In this document: piece after piece, positions 52,951 to 62,124 of the stretch | Layout: every line of letters begins with the position of its first letter | How positions within the stretch are numbered: position 1 is the first letter of the stretch | Assembly: GCA_963847185.1 (NCBI GenBank) | Contig: CAWJYV010000010.1 | Location: 672,001 to 736,000 of the forward strand | Direction of reading: 5' to 3' | Origin: an uncultured Methanosarcinaceae archaeon | Lineage (GTDB): Archaea > Halobacteriota > Methanosarcinia > Methanosarcinales > Methanosarcinaceae | Length of the DNA: 64,000 nt | The notes under the pieces: model-generated | Databases searched by the model: none | What the model saw: only the letters and a program-made list of their open reading frames with translations | Told to the model about the DNA's origin: nothing | Position numbers and translations under genes: made by a program

Positions 52951-54831
52951 TTACCTGGCACCGCCTCCGCCTCCACCGGCGCCTCCACCTACGCCGCCTA
53001 CTCCCCCGCCTCCGCTTCCTGAAGGGGCTGATGATGCATAGGCACTCCCAAAGCCGGATCCAAATTGAGCAAAACTATGGTGTATGAGATAGAAATTACT
53101 TCCCTGGAGCTGTTCAGCAGGCACGACAAGAGACATATTATGAAGGACTTCTTTTGCGACCCCCAGAGAAGTTGCATACACCAGATAAAAATCCCAGATC
53201 TTTATCGATTCAGGAGGGTGCTCTTCAAGAGCAGAAAAGTCTGTGAGATATTTTTTGAAATTGTCCCAGCGTTTGTAGTAAAGTCTTCCTTCAGGAGTCC
53301 AGCGCCCAAGTATCTTGTCGAAGATTCCTGAGAATACCAGCATAAATATCCCATACCCTAAGAAATAAGTGATTAAGATACTCATTTTTGAAGCCAGAAG
53401 GAGCTCGTCTGAAGGGAAATATGATGTGAATACAAATAAATAAACAAATGACACCAGTATTATTGTTAAAGAAAATATACCCATGTATGTATTTCCTGTG
53501 GATCTGAAGAGTTTCTCGAATGCGGCATGTGATTTGACTTTCTTATTCCATGCAGTGATAAATTCGTAGAAATCAGTACCTTTTCCAAGCTCTTTTTTCA
53601 GCTCATCCCAGGAGATTTTATCTTCGAAAGCATGTTTTTTTAATAAATTAAATACATCTTTTTCGAAATCATTCAGTTCGCGTATTTTTTCCATTTCTAT
53701 CGAAGAAGTTTTAGGGTCCTTAATTTCAATTATAATATCTTCAGATTCGGATTTTATAAGGCCTAATACACTGCTTTCTTCGGACTTTACAGTACGAAGA
53801 GAAATATAACCAAGATTAGCAAGGTCCATAACTGTTGCTGTAAAACCTTCTATTGTAGGGATACCTCCTTTTCCCCGCATGATAGCATTGACAACGGCAG
53901 GTCTGGAATCTGTAGGAGGTTCTCTCTCATATATTGCTTCATAATTTATTTTTGGCTCTCTTCCGTATTTGAAGTAAATAAAGAAGGGAAATGCCAGAGC
54001 TACTAGAGCAAACAATAATGTCAGATTATAAAGGCTCTTTAAGATGGAACCCTTCTTTTGATATTCATCTTCAATCGACTTTATCTGCTCAAGTCCCTCT
54101 TCATTATCTACCTGAACAATACTTGAATTGGGAGATTCTATTCTTGGAAAAACCGCTCGAATTTCGTACCATTGATTAGAGGGAATCTCGTTTGTCTCTA
54201 AACTGATAACACTCTTTTCTATATTCACCTGTTTTGTATAGCCAGTAGGGTGGAGCCAGTACTGAATTTCATTTTCGTTTTCTACTGGAAGGGTAATGTT
54301 TCCTTTTAAGCCTCCCAGGGGTTTTTCCCATTCTTCTCCCCAGAGTTTATAGTGAAATTCGGAAACATCCTTGTGGACTTTAACTGCGCCATAATGATCG
54401 TAAGAAACAAAAAAAGTCACTTTTTCAGGGGCAGGAGTTGGAAGCCCTCCTATTAACTCGTATCCTTCAGAAGTCGGTTTAACACTGAAGGTACATCCTT
54501 CTTCTGAACAATGTCCCTGGATATTCCGGATAGATTCCCCGGGAGCCACATTAAGTTTTCTGAAAACCTCGTGATAATCTCCGTCAAATGCATATGAAAT
54601 TGATTCCTCAACGTGAACTAACCCGCTGGGACTAATAATGATATTCGTTGTTGCTCCTTCCATCGCGTAGTCTTTTGCACTGGCTAAAGGTACCAGGCAG
54701 AGAAGAATAAGCAAAATAAGAGCTGTTTTCAAAACTTTAGAGCTAATCAAACCCGTAGAATTAATCAAATCCAGAGAACTAATATTTACTTCTCTGGCAG
54801 GTTCAGAAGAACCCTCTGAAAGCTTCAACAA
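52951..54831 (-). CDS. DUF2207 membrane protein
   Basis: EREPP...PAVV, ATVMDLA, W..FKKYL, WDFYLVYATSLGV, Gly-rich tail; adjacent to lemA. Confidence 0.88.
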   Translation of the reverse strand: MLKLSEGSSEPAREVNISSLDLINSTGLISSKVLKTALILLILLCLVPLASAKDYAMEGATTNIIISPSGLVHVEESISYAFDGDYHEVFRKLNVAPGESIRNIQGHCSEEGCTFSVKPTSEGYELIGGLPTPAPEKVTFFVSYDHYGAVKVHKDVSEFHYKLWGEEWEKPLGGLKGNITLPVENENEIQYWLHPTGYTKQVNIEKSVISLETNEIPSNQWYEIRAVFPRIESPNSSIVQVDNEEGLEQIKSIEDEYQKKGSILKSLYNLTLLFALVALAFPFFIYFKYGREPKINYEAIYEREPPTDSRPAVVNAIMRGKGGIPTIEGFTATVMDLANLGYISLRTVKSEESSVLGLIKSESEDIIIEIKDPKTSSIEMEKIRELNDFEKDVFNLLKKHAFEDKISWDELKKELGKGTDFYEFITAWNKKVKSHAAFEKLFRSTGNTYMGIFSLTIILVSFVYLFVFTSYFPSDELLLASKMSILITYFLGYGIFMLVFSGIFDKILGRWTPEGRLYYKRWDNFKKYLTDFSALEEHPPESIKIWDFYLVYATSLGVAKEVLHNMSLVVPAEQLQGSNFYLIHHSFAQFGSGFGSAYASSAPSGSGGGGVGGVGGGAGGGGGGAR

Positions 54832-55096
54832 AATTCCTCCAACTCTTAATTATTCTCTGAATATTAATATTTTGCCAGAGTTTACCTGGTTAATATGAAA
54901 AAACAAAAAAAGTGGAGAAAAAAGGAATTTCTTACAAGCTCTATTTAATGCTGCTCTTAAGGAAAAGATCCGTTTTAAGTAGTCTATTTCCGGACGTGTA
55001 AGTTATGTCAGCCTAGAAATCTTTCAAGCCCTTTTGGCTGCTGATTTTTTGCATTTTGGTTCCGGTTTTTTCCGGAAGCTAAAACTATTTATTTGC

Positions 55097-57001
55097 TTAA
55101 TCGGTGTCTCCTCCACTCCCCCTTCCGCCTCCATCATCTATGCTGCCTGCTCCATCTTCATGAACGGGTGAAGAATAGACACCCTCAAAATCATAGTCAG
55201 CATAGTTATAATTATAAATTATAGAAAATAAATGGATCTCTTTTAACTGTTCAGGCGGAACAATCGCAGACATGTTCTCAAGGACTTTTTTTACAACTCC
55301 CAGAGAAGTTGCATAAACCAGATAAGAATTCCAGTTCTTTACTGATTCAGGAGGTTGATCTTTAAGAGCAGAGAGATCAGTTAGATATTTTTTGAAATTA
55401 TCCCATCTTTTATAGTAAATACTTCCTTCAGGGGTCCAGTGTCCGAATATCGTTATGATCATTCCCGAGTACTCCATCATAACGAACCCGAAAATCCCGA
55501 TTAAAGCAGTCAGTACATTAACCCTCGACGCTAGAGGAAACTCGGTTGGAGGGAAATATTTAGTAATCGCAATATAATAGATAATTGCAGCTACTAATAT
55601 GAACCTGGAAAACCAATTCATATACGTGATCCCTATTGATTGAAAGAGTTTACCAATCTCAATATGGGATTTAACTTTCTTATTCCAGGAAGTAATAAAT
55701 TGATAAAAATCGGTTCCTGTCCCGAGCTCTTTTTTAAACTTGCTCCAGGAAATCTCTTTATTTTCAGAAGCATGTTCTTTCAATAAATAGAGCGCGTCTT
55801 TTTCGAAATCTTCCAGTTCTGATAAGCTTCCTTCAGATTTAGAGTATATCTCATTGTTTATAAGTTGTATTGCAAAGTCCCTGGACTCGGATTTTGGAAT
55901 ACTTGAGGTGAATTTTTGGATGCATAACGAAGATTTCGGAATGCTTGATGAATTTCCTTCTTCGGGTATTAAATTGCTCAGAGAAATATAGCCGCGGTTA
56001 GCAAGATCCATAACTGTTGCGAAAAATCCTTCTATCTGAGGAATACCCATCCTTCCTTTCATAATAGCGTTGACTACGGCAGGTTTGGAATCTGTGGGAG
56101 GCTTTCTTTCATATATTTCTTCGTAACTTCCGAATGTTTCTTGATAATCTATTTTTGGCTCTCTTCCGTAAAGCAGGTATATGACGAAAGGAAAAGCCAG
56201 GATAAGAAGTAAAAAGTAAACCGTAAATCTGTAAATATTTTTTAAATACAAATCTTTCTGCTGATATTCTTTCTCAATAGCTAATATTTCCTCAAGACCC
56301 TCTTTATCATCCACTTGAACAAAACTGGAATTGGGATACATGATTCTTGGAAAAATCACTCTTATTTTATACCATTGAGATGAGGGAATTTTTTTTGCCT
56401 TAAAGTTGATAACATTATTTTCAATATTGAACTCCTGTGTATACACAGGAGGGTGAATCCAATACCGAATTTCATTTTCATTGTTCACAGGAAAAGCAAT
56501 CCTTCCGCTTAAGTTTTCCACAGGCTTTTCCCATTCTCCACCCCACAGCTTGTAGTGGAATTCAGAGGTATCGCTGTAGACCTTGACCGCACCATGAAGA
56601 TCGTAAGAAGTAAAAAGCGTCAATTTTTTAGGGCTGGGCTTTGGAAGTTCACCTACTAACCTGTATCCTTCAGGAGTCCGTTCGACTCTAAATTCACAGG
56701 CTTCGTCCGAACAATGTCCCTTGATGTTATAAATGGATTGTCCGGGCAGCGCCTTGAGTTCTCTATGAACGTCAATGTACTCTCCGTCAAATGCATATAA
56801 GATTGCCTCCTTAATATGAACTACACCATTAGGGTCAACAGTTATATTTGTTGTAGCTCCCTCCAGTGAGTACCTCGCACTGGCTGAAGGCACAGAATAA
56901 AGAACAAGCAAAATAAGCAGAATAAGAATAACTGTTTTCAATATCATTGAATCGATACTTGCTTCTCCTACAGGCTCAGGAGAACCATTTGAGAACCTCA
57001 A
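55097..57001 (-). CDS. DUF2207 membrane protein (tandem paralog)
   Basis: Same motifs; SD GGGAGG before TTG start. Confidence 0.88.
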   Translation of the reverse strand: MRFSNGSPEPVGEASIDSMILKTVILILLILLVLYSVPSASARYSLEGATTNITVDPNGVVHIKEAILYAFDGEYIDVHRELKALPGQSIYNIKGHCSDEACEFRVERTPEGYRLVGELPKPSPKKLTLFTSYDLHGAVKVYSDTSEFHYKLWGGEWEKPVENLSGRIAFPVNNENEIRYWIHPPVYTQEFNIENNVINFKAKKIPSSQWYKIRVIFPRIMYPNSSFVQVDDKEGLEEILAIEKEYQQKDLYLKNIYRFTVYFLLLILAFPFVIYLLYGREPKIDYQETFGSYEEIYERKPPTDSKPAVVNAIMKGRMGIPQIEGFFATVMDLANRGYISLSNLIPEEGNSSSIPKSSLCIQKFTSSIPKSESRDFAIQLINNEIYSKSEGSLSELEDFEKDALYLLKEHASENKEISWSKFKKELGTGTDFYQFITSWNKKVKSHIEIGKLFQSIGITYMNWFSRFILVAAIIYYIAITKYFPPTEFPLASRVNVLTALIGIFGFVMMEYSGMIITIFGHWTPEGSIYYKRWDNFKKYLTDLSALKDQPPESVKNWNSYLVYATSLGVVKKVLENMSAIVPPEQLKEIHLFSIIYNYNYADYDFEGVYSSPVHEDGAGSIDDGGGRGSGGDTD

Positions 57002-57023
57002 TCAAGTTTCCTCCCACTCCATA

Positions 57024-57295
57024 TATTTCTGAATACGAGTATCCAGATTTTTCGTCCCTGTACTAGTTCTAAATACGAGTATCCAGGATTCCCTTCCCTG
57101 AACTATTTATGAATACGAGTATCCAGAATTCACTTCCCTGAACTATTTCTGGTACTGGTATCCAGAATTCTCTTCCCTGAACTATTTCTGGTACTGGTAT
57201 CCAGAATTCTCTTCCCTGAACTATTTCTGGATACTGTGTATCCAGAATTCTCCTCCCCACACTATTTCCGAATACTATATTCTCCAGAATCCACT
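57024..57295. repeat. Tandem array of about 7 palindromic 39-41 bp units
   Basis: Unit consensus TATTTCTG(G/A)ATAC-N2-3-GTATCCAGAATTCNCTTCCCTGAAC. Confidence 0.88.
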
Positions 57296-57490
57296 TAATA
57301 CTTTGTTCCAACTGGCTTGCAGACGCTTATTTATTTTAAATTTGGCAATTGCTTTTGATCCGGGGCTGTTTTACCTGCATTTTGAGGCATTTATCTATAA
57401 ATATGCAAATATATTGAGCATGCTGAAGCATCTGTCTAAAAATCGAGAACAATCGAAAAGAAGTTAAAGAGAAGATCTGATAGTTAATTA

Positions 57491-59698
57491 ATGCAAATAG
57501 AAAAACATATTTTTGGGGTTTTTTTTGTGTGGCAAGTAAATAAGACCGAAATAATGTTATTTTCATTATTATCTGCATTTTTTGTATTAATGGCAGGGTC
57601 CGGAATAAGTGCTGCAGCCGAGTTTATCGTACATGACGGTGAATCGATACAGTTAGTTGTGGATAATGCGACGTCAGATGATACAATAATCGTAGAACCT
57701 GGTACGTATAATGAGAGTGTTACTGTCCAGTCACCGATTACAATAATGTCTGAATCTGGAAATCCGAAGGATACGATAATTCAGGGTTCCGGCTTCAGCC
57801 TTTACGCAGGCAACGTAGCTATTAAAGGCTTCACCTTAAAAGGTGACGGTGAGTCGACTGGAGTCTTTCTATCTGATTCGACTATTAGTTGCATAATTGA
57901 AAACAACAATATACTGGATTACGATACCGGTATTAGCACATCAATATATTGTTCAGGTACTGCAGTTAACAATAATGAAATTTCAAATTGTGGCAAAGGC
58001 GTAGAAATAGGGGAATCCTGGGATAACCTTGTTAGTAATAATGAAATCTCAAATTGTGATATCGGCGTTATCATTAATGATCTGGCATCAGTTGACATTA
58101 ATAGTAATACGATTACTGATAATGGTGTCGGAGTCTCTATTACAGGTGACTGTAATGTGTCCATTGTAGGCAATATTATAAGTTTCAATAGTGAATGCGG
58201 TCTTTATAATAACGCATACGGTAGTAACACAATCTACAACAACCTTTTCAACAATACAAAAAACGTGGTTTTTGATGAGTTTCACCAGGCGCCTGATAAC
58301 TGGAATACGACAAAAAACAAAGATATGAACATTATCGGCGGGCCCTACATTGCAGGGAACTACTGGGCAGAGCCTGAAGGTGTGGGTTTTAGTCAGCTTA
58401 ATTATGATACTAATAGTGATGGTGTAGCCAATGAGCCTTATACTATCGATGGAGAAGATACCGACTTCACGCCTCTGGTAACCCTGGAGAAACAAGCAGA
58501 ACCCGTACTTCCTGTTGCAAACTTCAAGGCAAATACGAGTCAGGGACCTGCTCCTCTTTCAGTTTCATTCACTGATCTTTCCAAAAATGCAGTTTCATGG
58601 AGCTGGGACTTTGAAAACGATGGAAAAATTGACTCTACAGCCAAAAACGGAGTTCACGTGTATACAGCTCCTGGATCTTATAAAGTCAACCATACTGTAA
58701 AAAGCGAAGCTGGAACAGTCTCAAAACTGATTACGATAAATGTTACGGAAGCTGTTAATAATAAGTCAGGAAATAATGGGACTTCAAGCACCGGGATTAC
58801 TAAAAATAATGGGAATAGCTGGGATAATGCAACCGACGGTGGAAACAATAGTATAGATAATGGAAATAACAGTATAAATGATGTAAACAGTAGCGTAGGC
58901 AATGGAAATAGCAGTATAAGTAATGGAAATGGCAGCGTAGACAGTAGCATTAATGGAGATAATGGAAACTCTGGCGAGAGTGGAAGCAGCGGAAGTGATG
59001 GCGGAAGCAGTGGTGGAGGTGCAGGTGGTTCTCCTGAACCTGCAGAAAATATAGAAGTAAAAGAACTTTCACAGGCGTTTATCACAAACGGAGAAGAGAC
59101 CAAGTTTGATTTCTCACAAAATGCGACCTGCGTTGTATATGTCAGTTTTGATGCAAAGAAGACTTTGGGAAAAATAACAACCACTGCCGAGATGCTGAAA
59201 GGAAAATCAGCTCTGGTTTCGGAACTGCCTGAAGGTGAGGTCTACAAGTCCTTTAATGTCTGGGTTGGAAACGGAGGAATTGCGACCTCTAGTAATATGG
59301 AAAACCTGACAATGTGCTTCAAGGTTGAGAAGTCCTGGCTGCAGGATAAAAGTATAGATCCGATATCAATCACCCTTAACTGGTATAATGGGAAAAAATG
59401 GGAACAGTTCCCGGTTACTATAACAGAGGAAGATGCAAATTATCTGTACTTCACAGCCAATGTCTCTGGGTACTCTTCCTTTGCAATAACAGGCTCAATA
59501 GCAGGTTCAGCAACAGATTCAGTAACTGGAAAGGTAAAAAGCTATCTTGAGCAACAAGAATCTTCTGAAGAGGAAAACAGCTTGCTGAGCACCAGGTCGG
59601 CAAGACTAACCAGTGAAACTGACAAGAGTGCTCCAGGTTTTGAAATAATTTTCGGAATTGTCTGTCTGCTCGGTAATTTCATTTACAGGAGAAAATAA
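57491..59698 (+). CDS. Cell-surface protein: NosD, PKD, PGF-pre-PGF domain, PGF-CTERM
   Basis: GGAGGSPEPA.N.EVKELSQ, KKTLGK.TTT.EMLK, SSFAITG, APGF-TM-RRK; true start may be 57553. Confidence 0.92.
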   Translation: MQIEKHIFGVFFVWQVNKTEIMLFSLLSAFFVLMAGSGISAAAEFIVHDGESIQLVVDNATSDDTIIVEPGTYNESVTVQSPITIMSESGNPKDTIIQGSGFSLYAGNVAIKGFTLKGDGESTGVFLSDSTISCIIENNNILDYDTGISTSIYCSGTAVNNNEISNCGKGVEIGESWDNLVSNNEISNCDIGVIINDLASVDINSNTITDNGVGVSITGDCNVSIVGNIISFNSECGLYNNAYGSNTIYNNLFNNTKNVVFDEFHQAPDNWNTTKNKDMNIIGGPYIAGNYWAEPEGVGFSQLNYDTNSDGVANEPYTIDGEDTDFTPLVTLEKQAEPVLPVANFKANTSQGPAPLSVSFTDLSKNAVSWSWDFENDGKIDSTAKNGVHVYTAPGSYKVNHTVKSEAGTVSKLITINVTEAVNNKSGNNGTSSTGITKNNGNSWDNATDGGNNSIDNGNNSINDVNSSVGNGNSSISNGNGSVDSSINGDNGNSGESGSSGSDGGSSGGGAGGSPEPAENIEVKELSQAFITNGEETKFDFSQNATCVVYVSFDAKKTLGKITTTAEMLKGKSALVSELPEGEVYKSFNVWVGNGGIATSSNMENLTMCFKVEKSWLQDKSIDPISITLNWYNGKKWEQFPVTITEEDANYLYFTANVSGYSSFAITGSIAGSATDSVTGKVKSYLEQQESSEEENSLLSTRSARLTSETDKSAPGFEIIFGIVCLLGNFIYRRK

Positions 59699-59798
59699 TG
59701 AGGTGAAGGAATCCTCCTTCATCTTTAACTTTTTTAAGTAAAAAAGGAAAAATTAATATTTCTGCTGTTATTCCCTAATTGATCGGAAGATTACCCTC

Positions 59799-60938
59799 TC
59801 AATTCACAGGCTTTTTGAGACGAGCCATGAAACCTTCGGAATCTGTATTGTGATATTTCTTTTTTCCCAGCAGGAAGGGAAAATAATTATTGATCAGGAA
59901 AATCACAGGTATCAGGCAGAGAAGGTTCAGTACCGTTAGGCTCAGAGCAAAACCAGTATTATAATAGAAGTATTCAGTATCTACACCTAAAACGATAACT
60001 ACAAGCTTTGTAAAGACATCTTTTAGAGGGAAATGAAGTGCAAGTATAGTCAGACTGTTTCTTCCATAATACTCAAGCACCTTTGAACTTCCTATTTTCT
60101 TGGAAAGGTAGACAAAACTAAATATTCCTGCGAAAGCCAACAGGTAAAAAGAAAAGAAGCCTCCATATTGCAAAACGTTCATGTTAACTTTGTTATCTGT
60201 TGGAAATTTCAGCAGGTATCCGAGATACAGCAGGCTCAAAAGAATTGCAATAGCAGTTAAATACTTCTCAACTCTGGAGAACTTCTCTATAAATCCTGAA
60301 TTAAATTTCAGACTAAAACGTGCTCCTAACTCTTTTTCTGGTTCTATGGCTTTTCTAAATAGATTTCCAGCTCCATAAAAGACTATTGCAGCCAGAGCAA
60401 CATCTACATTCCAGGGTATTCTGAAAGGCACATAAACCGAATAAAGGTATCCTATCACTCCGGCTATAGCAAGCCAGAATACAAGTTTTTTCGGCTCTCT
60501 ATAGTACTTCTTTATAAGTCCATAAAAGAGAAGTTCTGTCACAAAAAGACACGTCAAGAACCAGAGAGGTGGATTATAAGAAACTGCAGGACCAAATGCG
60601 ACAAGAATATGAGAAGTTCCATGAAGTATGCTGTTTTCAAAAAACTCAATATTTATGACTCCTGGCTGGAATGCCGTATCCAGCAAAAAGTAAAACAAGC
60701 CAGTGATTACTGCAAAACAGAAATAAGGAACTATAAGAGACCTGAATCTTCCCTTTACAAAATTTGCAGATGATTCTGCGTACTTCCCGAAATCGAACAG
60801 AAATCCTGAAATAAAAAAGAATAGCGGCATGTGAAACGAAAAGATGTAAGTGTCAAGCGCTACAGGTAAGCTATGGTGTGCAAACACCACAAGCATGATC
60901 CCAATCCCTTTTAAGGCATCAATCCATTGAAGTCTCAT
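59799..60938 (-). CDS. Acyltransferase family 3 membrane protein
   Basis: WIDALKGIGI.LVV..H, FHMPLFFFISG, LWFLTCLF. Confidence 0.92.
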   Translation of the reverse strand: MRLQWIDALKGIGIMLVVFAHHSLPVALDTYIFSFHMPLFFFISGFLFDFGKYAESSANFVKGRFRSLIVPYFCFAVITGLFYFLLDTAFQPGVINIEFFENSILHGTSHILVAFGPAVSYNPPLWFLTCLFVTELLFYGLIKKYYREPKKLVFWLAIAGVIGYLYSVYVPFRIPWNVDVALAAIVFYGAGNLFRKAIEPEKELGARFSLKFNSGFIEKFSRVEKYLTAIAILLSLLYLGYLLKFPTDNKVNMNVLQYGGFFSFYLLAFAGIFSFVYLSKKIGSSKVLEYYGRNSLTILALHFPLKDVFTKLVVIVLGVDTEYFYYNTGFALSLTVLNLLCLIPVIFLINNYFPFLLGKKKYHNTDSEGFMARLKKPVN

Positions 60939-61155
60939 ATTAACCTAAAAGATTAACAGTGTTTATATAATAAAAATGTTTGTTTGCTATTTTGGGTTTA
61001 TGACATTCTTTTAGATTTGCATAAATATGACTCCAAATTAAACTTGCATAAATATGACTCTATGTTTGATTTGAAATTTTTAATTTGAAAATATTATTTG
61101 TTTGAAAACAATTTTTTGTATAATTAATTTAAAATAATTTATCTTATTAGTATAG

Positions 61156-61318
61156 TCCGGAGTTGGGAAGTAGAATTGGGGGTATCGTCTACCACAAAAA
61201 GAATCGCCTGGAAGCCACAAATCCTTTTTCGAACAATTACGCTTGGGGGAGCATAAATTCGAAGAGGCTGTATTGGGGGATACAGTGAACGGATGAAGTG
61301 CTTCTGGGCTTCTTCTTA
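61156..61318 (+). ncRNA. Candidate G-loop structured RNA, copy B
   Basis: Homologous to reverse complement of 35560-35720; TTTAAAATA upstream. Confidence 0.55.
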
Positions 61319-61408
61319 TTCTTCTTATTCTTCTTATTCTTCTTATTCTTCTTATTCTTCTTATTCTTCTTATTCTTCTTATTCTCCTTATTCTTCTTAT
61401 TCTCCTTA
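61310..61408. repeat. Tandem repeat 9 bp x11
   Basis: TTCTTCTTA units, two TTCTCCTTA variants. Confidence 0.92.
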
Positions 61409-62124
61409 TACTATTCTTTTTGCTGCATTTAACTCTCTAATTATGGTTTTCTAGATGTTCTTTTATCTTAATCCGATTTACTAATTATTTTTTTGATCCT
61501 TATCGCATCAAGAACTCTTATATTTCAATATACAGATTGATTAAATGTATAATTCTTTCAATCGATTTTCACTTATTTGGCGTGAAAGTTCTTTCAACTA
61601 CTTTCATGTTTTTGTGCATGTTATTCAAAGAATATCATATCCGTTTTCTGAATAAATCAGCTGTTTCGTCTTCTGATCCTATTAATAACTTCTTGGATAT
61701 GCAAAAATATAGTTTTATCTTCGGATCGAGCAAATTATTATAAATATATACATATAATTATTTACAGATCATTTTTGTGGCATAGAAAACATTTACAAGT
61801 TTTTGTCACATTGGATCAAACCGTAATTTTATCGAATAAAAACTAGGTTTTTGCAGCAGTATAAATATGCAAAATTACTTCACAAAATCAAGGAATTAAT
61901 TCCAGGAGAATTACCAAAATTCTGCAATCGATTGCTGATTTGACTTACAAAGGATTTTCAACACACATTTTCATTAAGGCTATCGGTCTGATTTAATAAT
62001 AATGTCAGTTATCTGTAGAAGTGAATCAGATAAGTATTGAAATTTTAAGGCAGTTTGGTACATAGATTGACATCTCAAATCAATGCATTTTTTGACTTTA
62101 TCCATTAAAATCGGAGAAAAGTAG

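Noticed and set aside
57024-57295. CRISPR array
   Set aside because: Inter-palindrome segments are near-identical and short, not unique spacers; no cas genes in window
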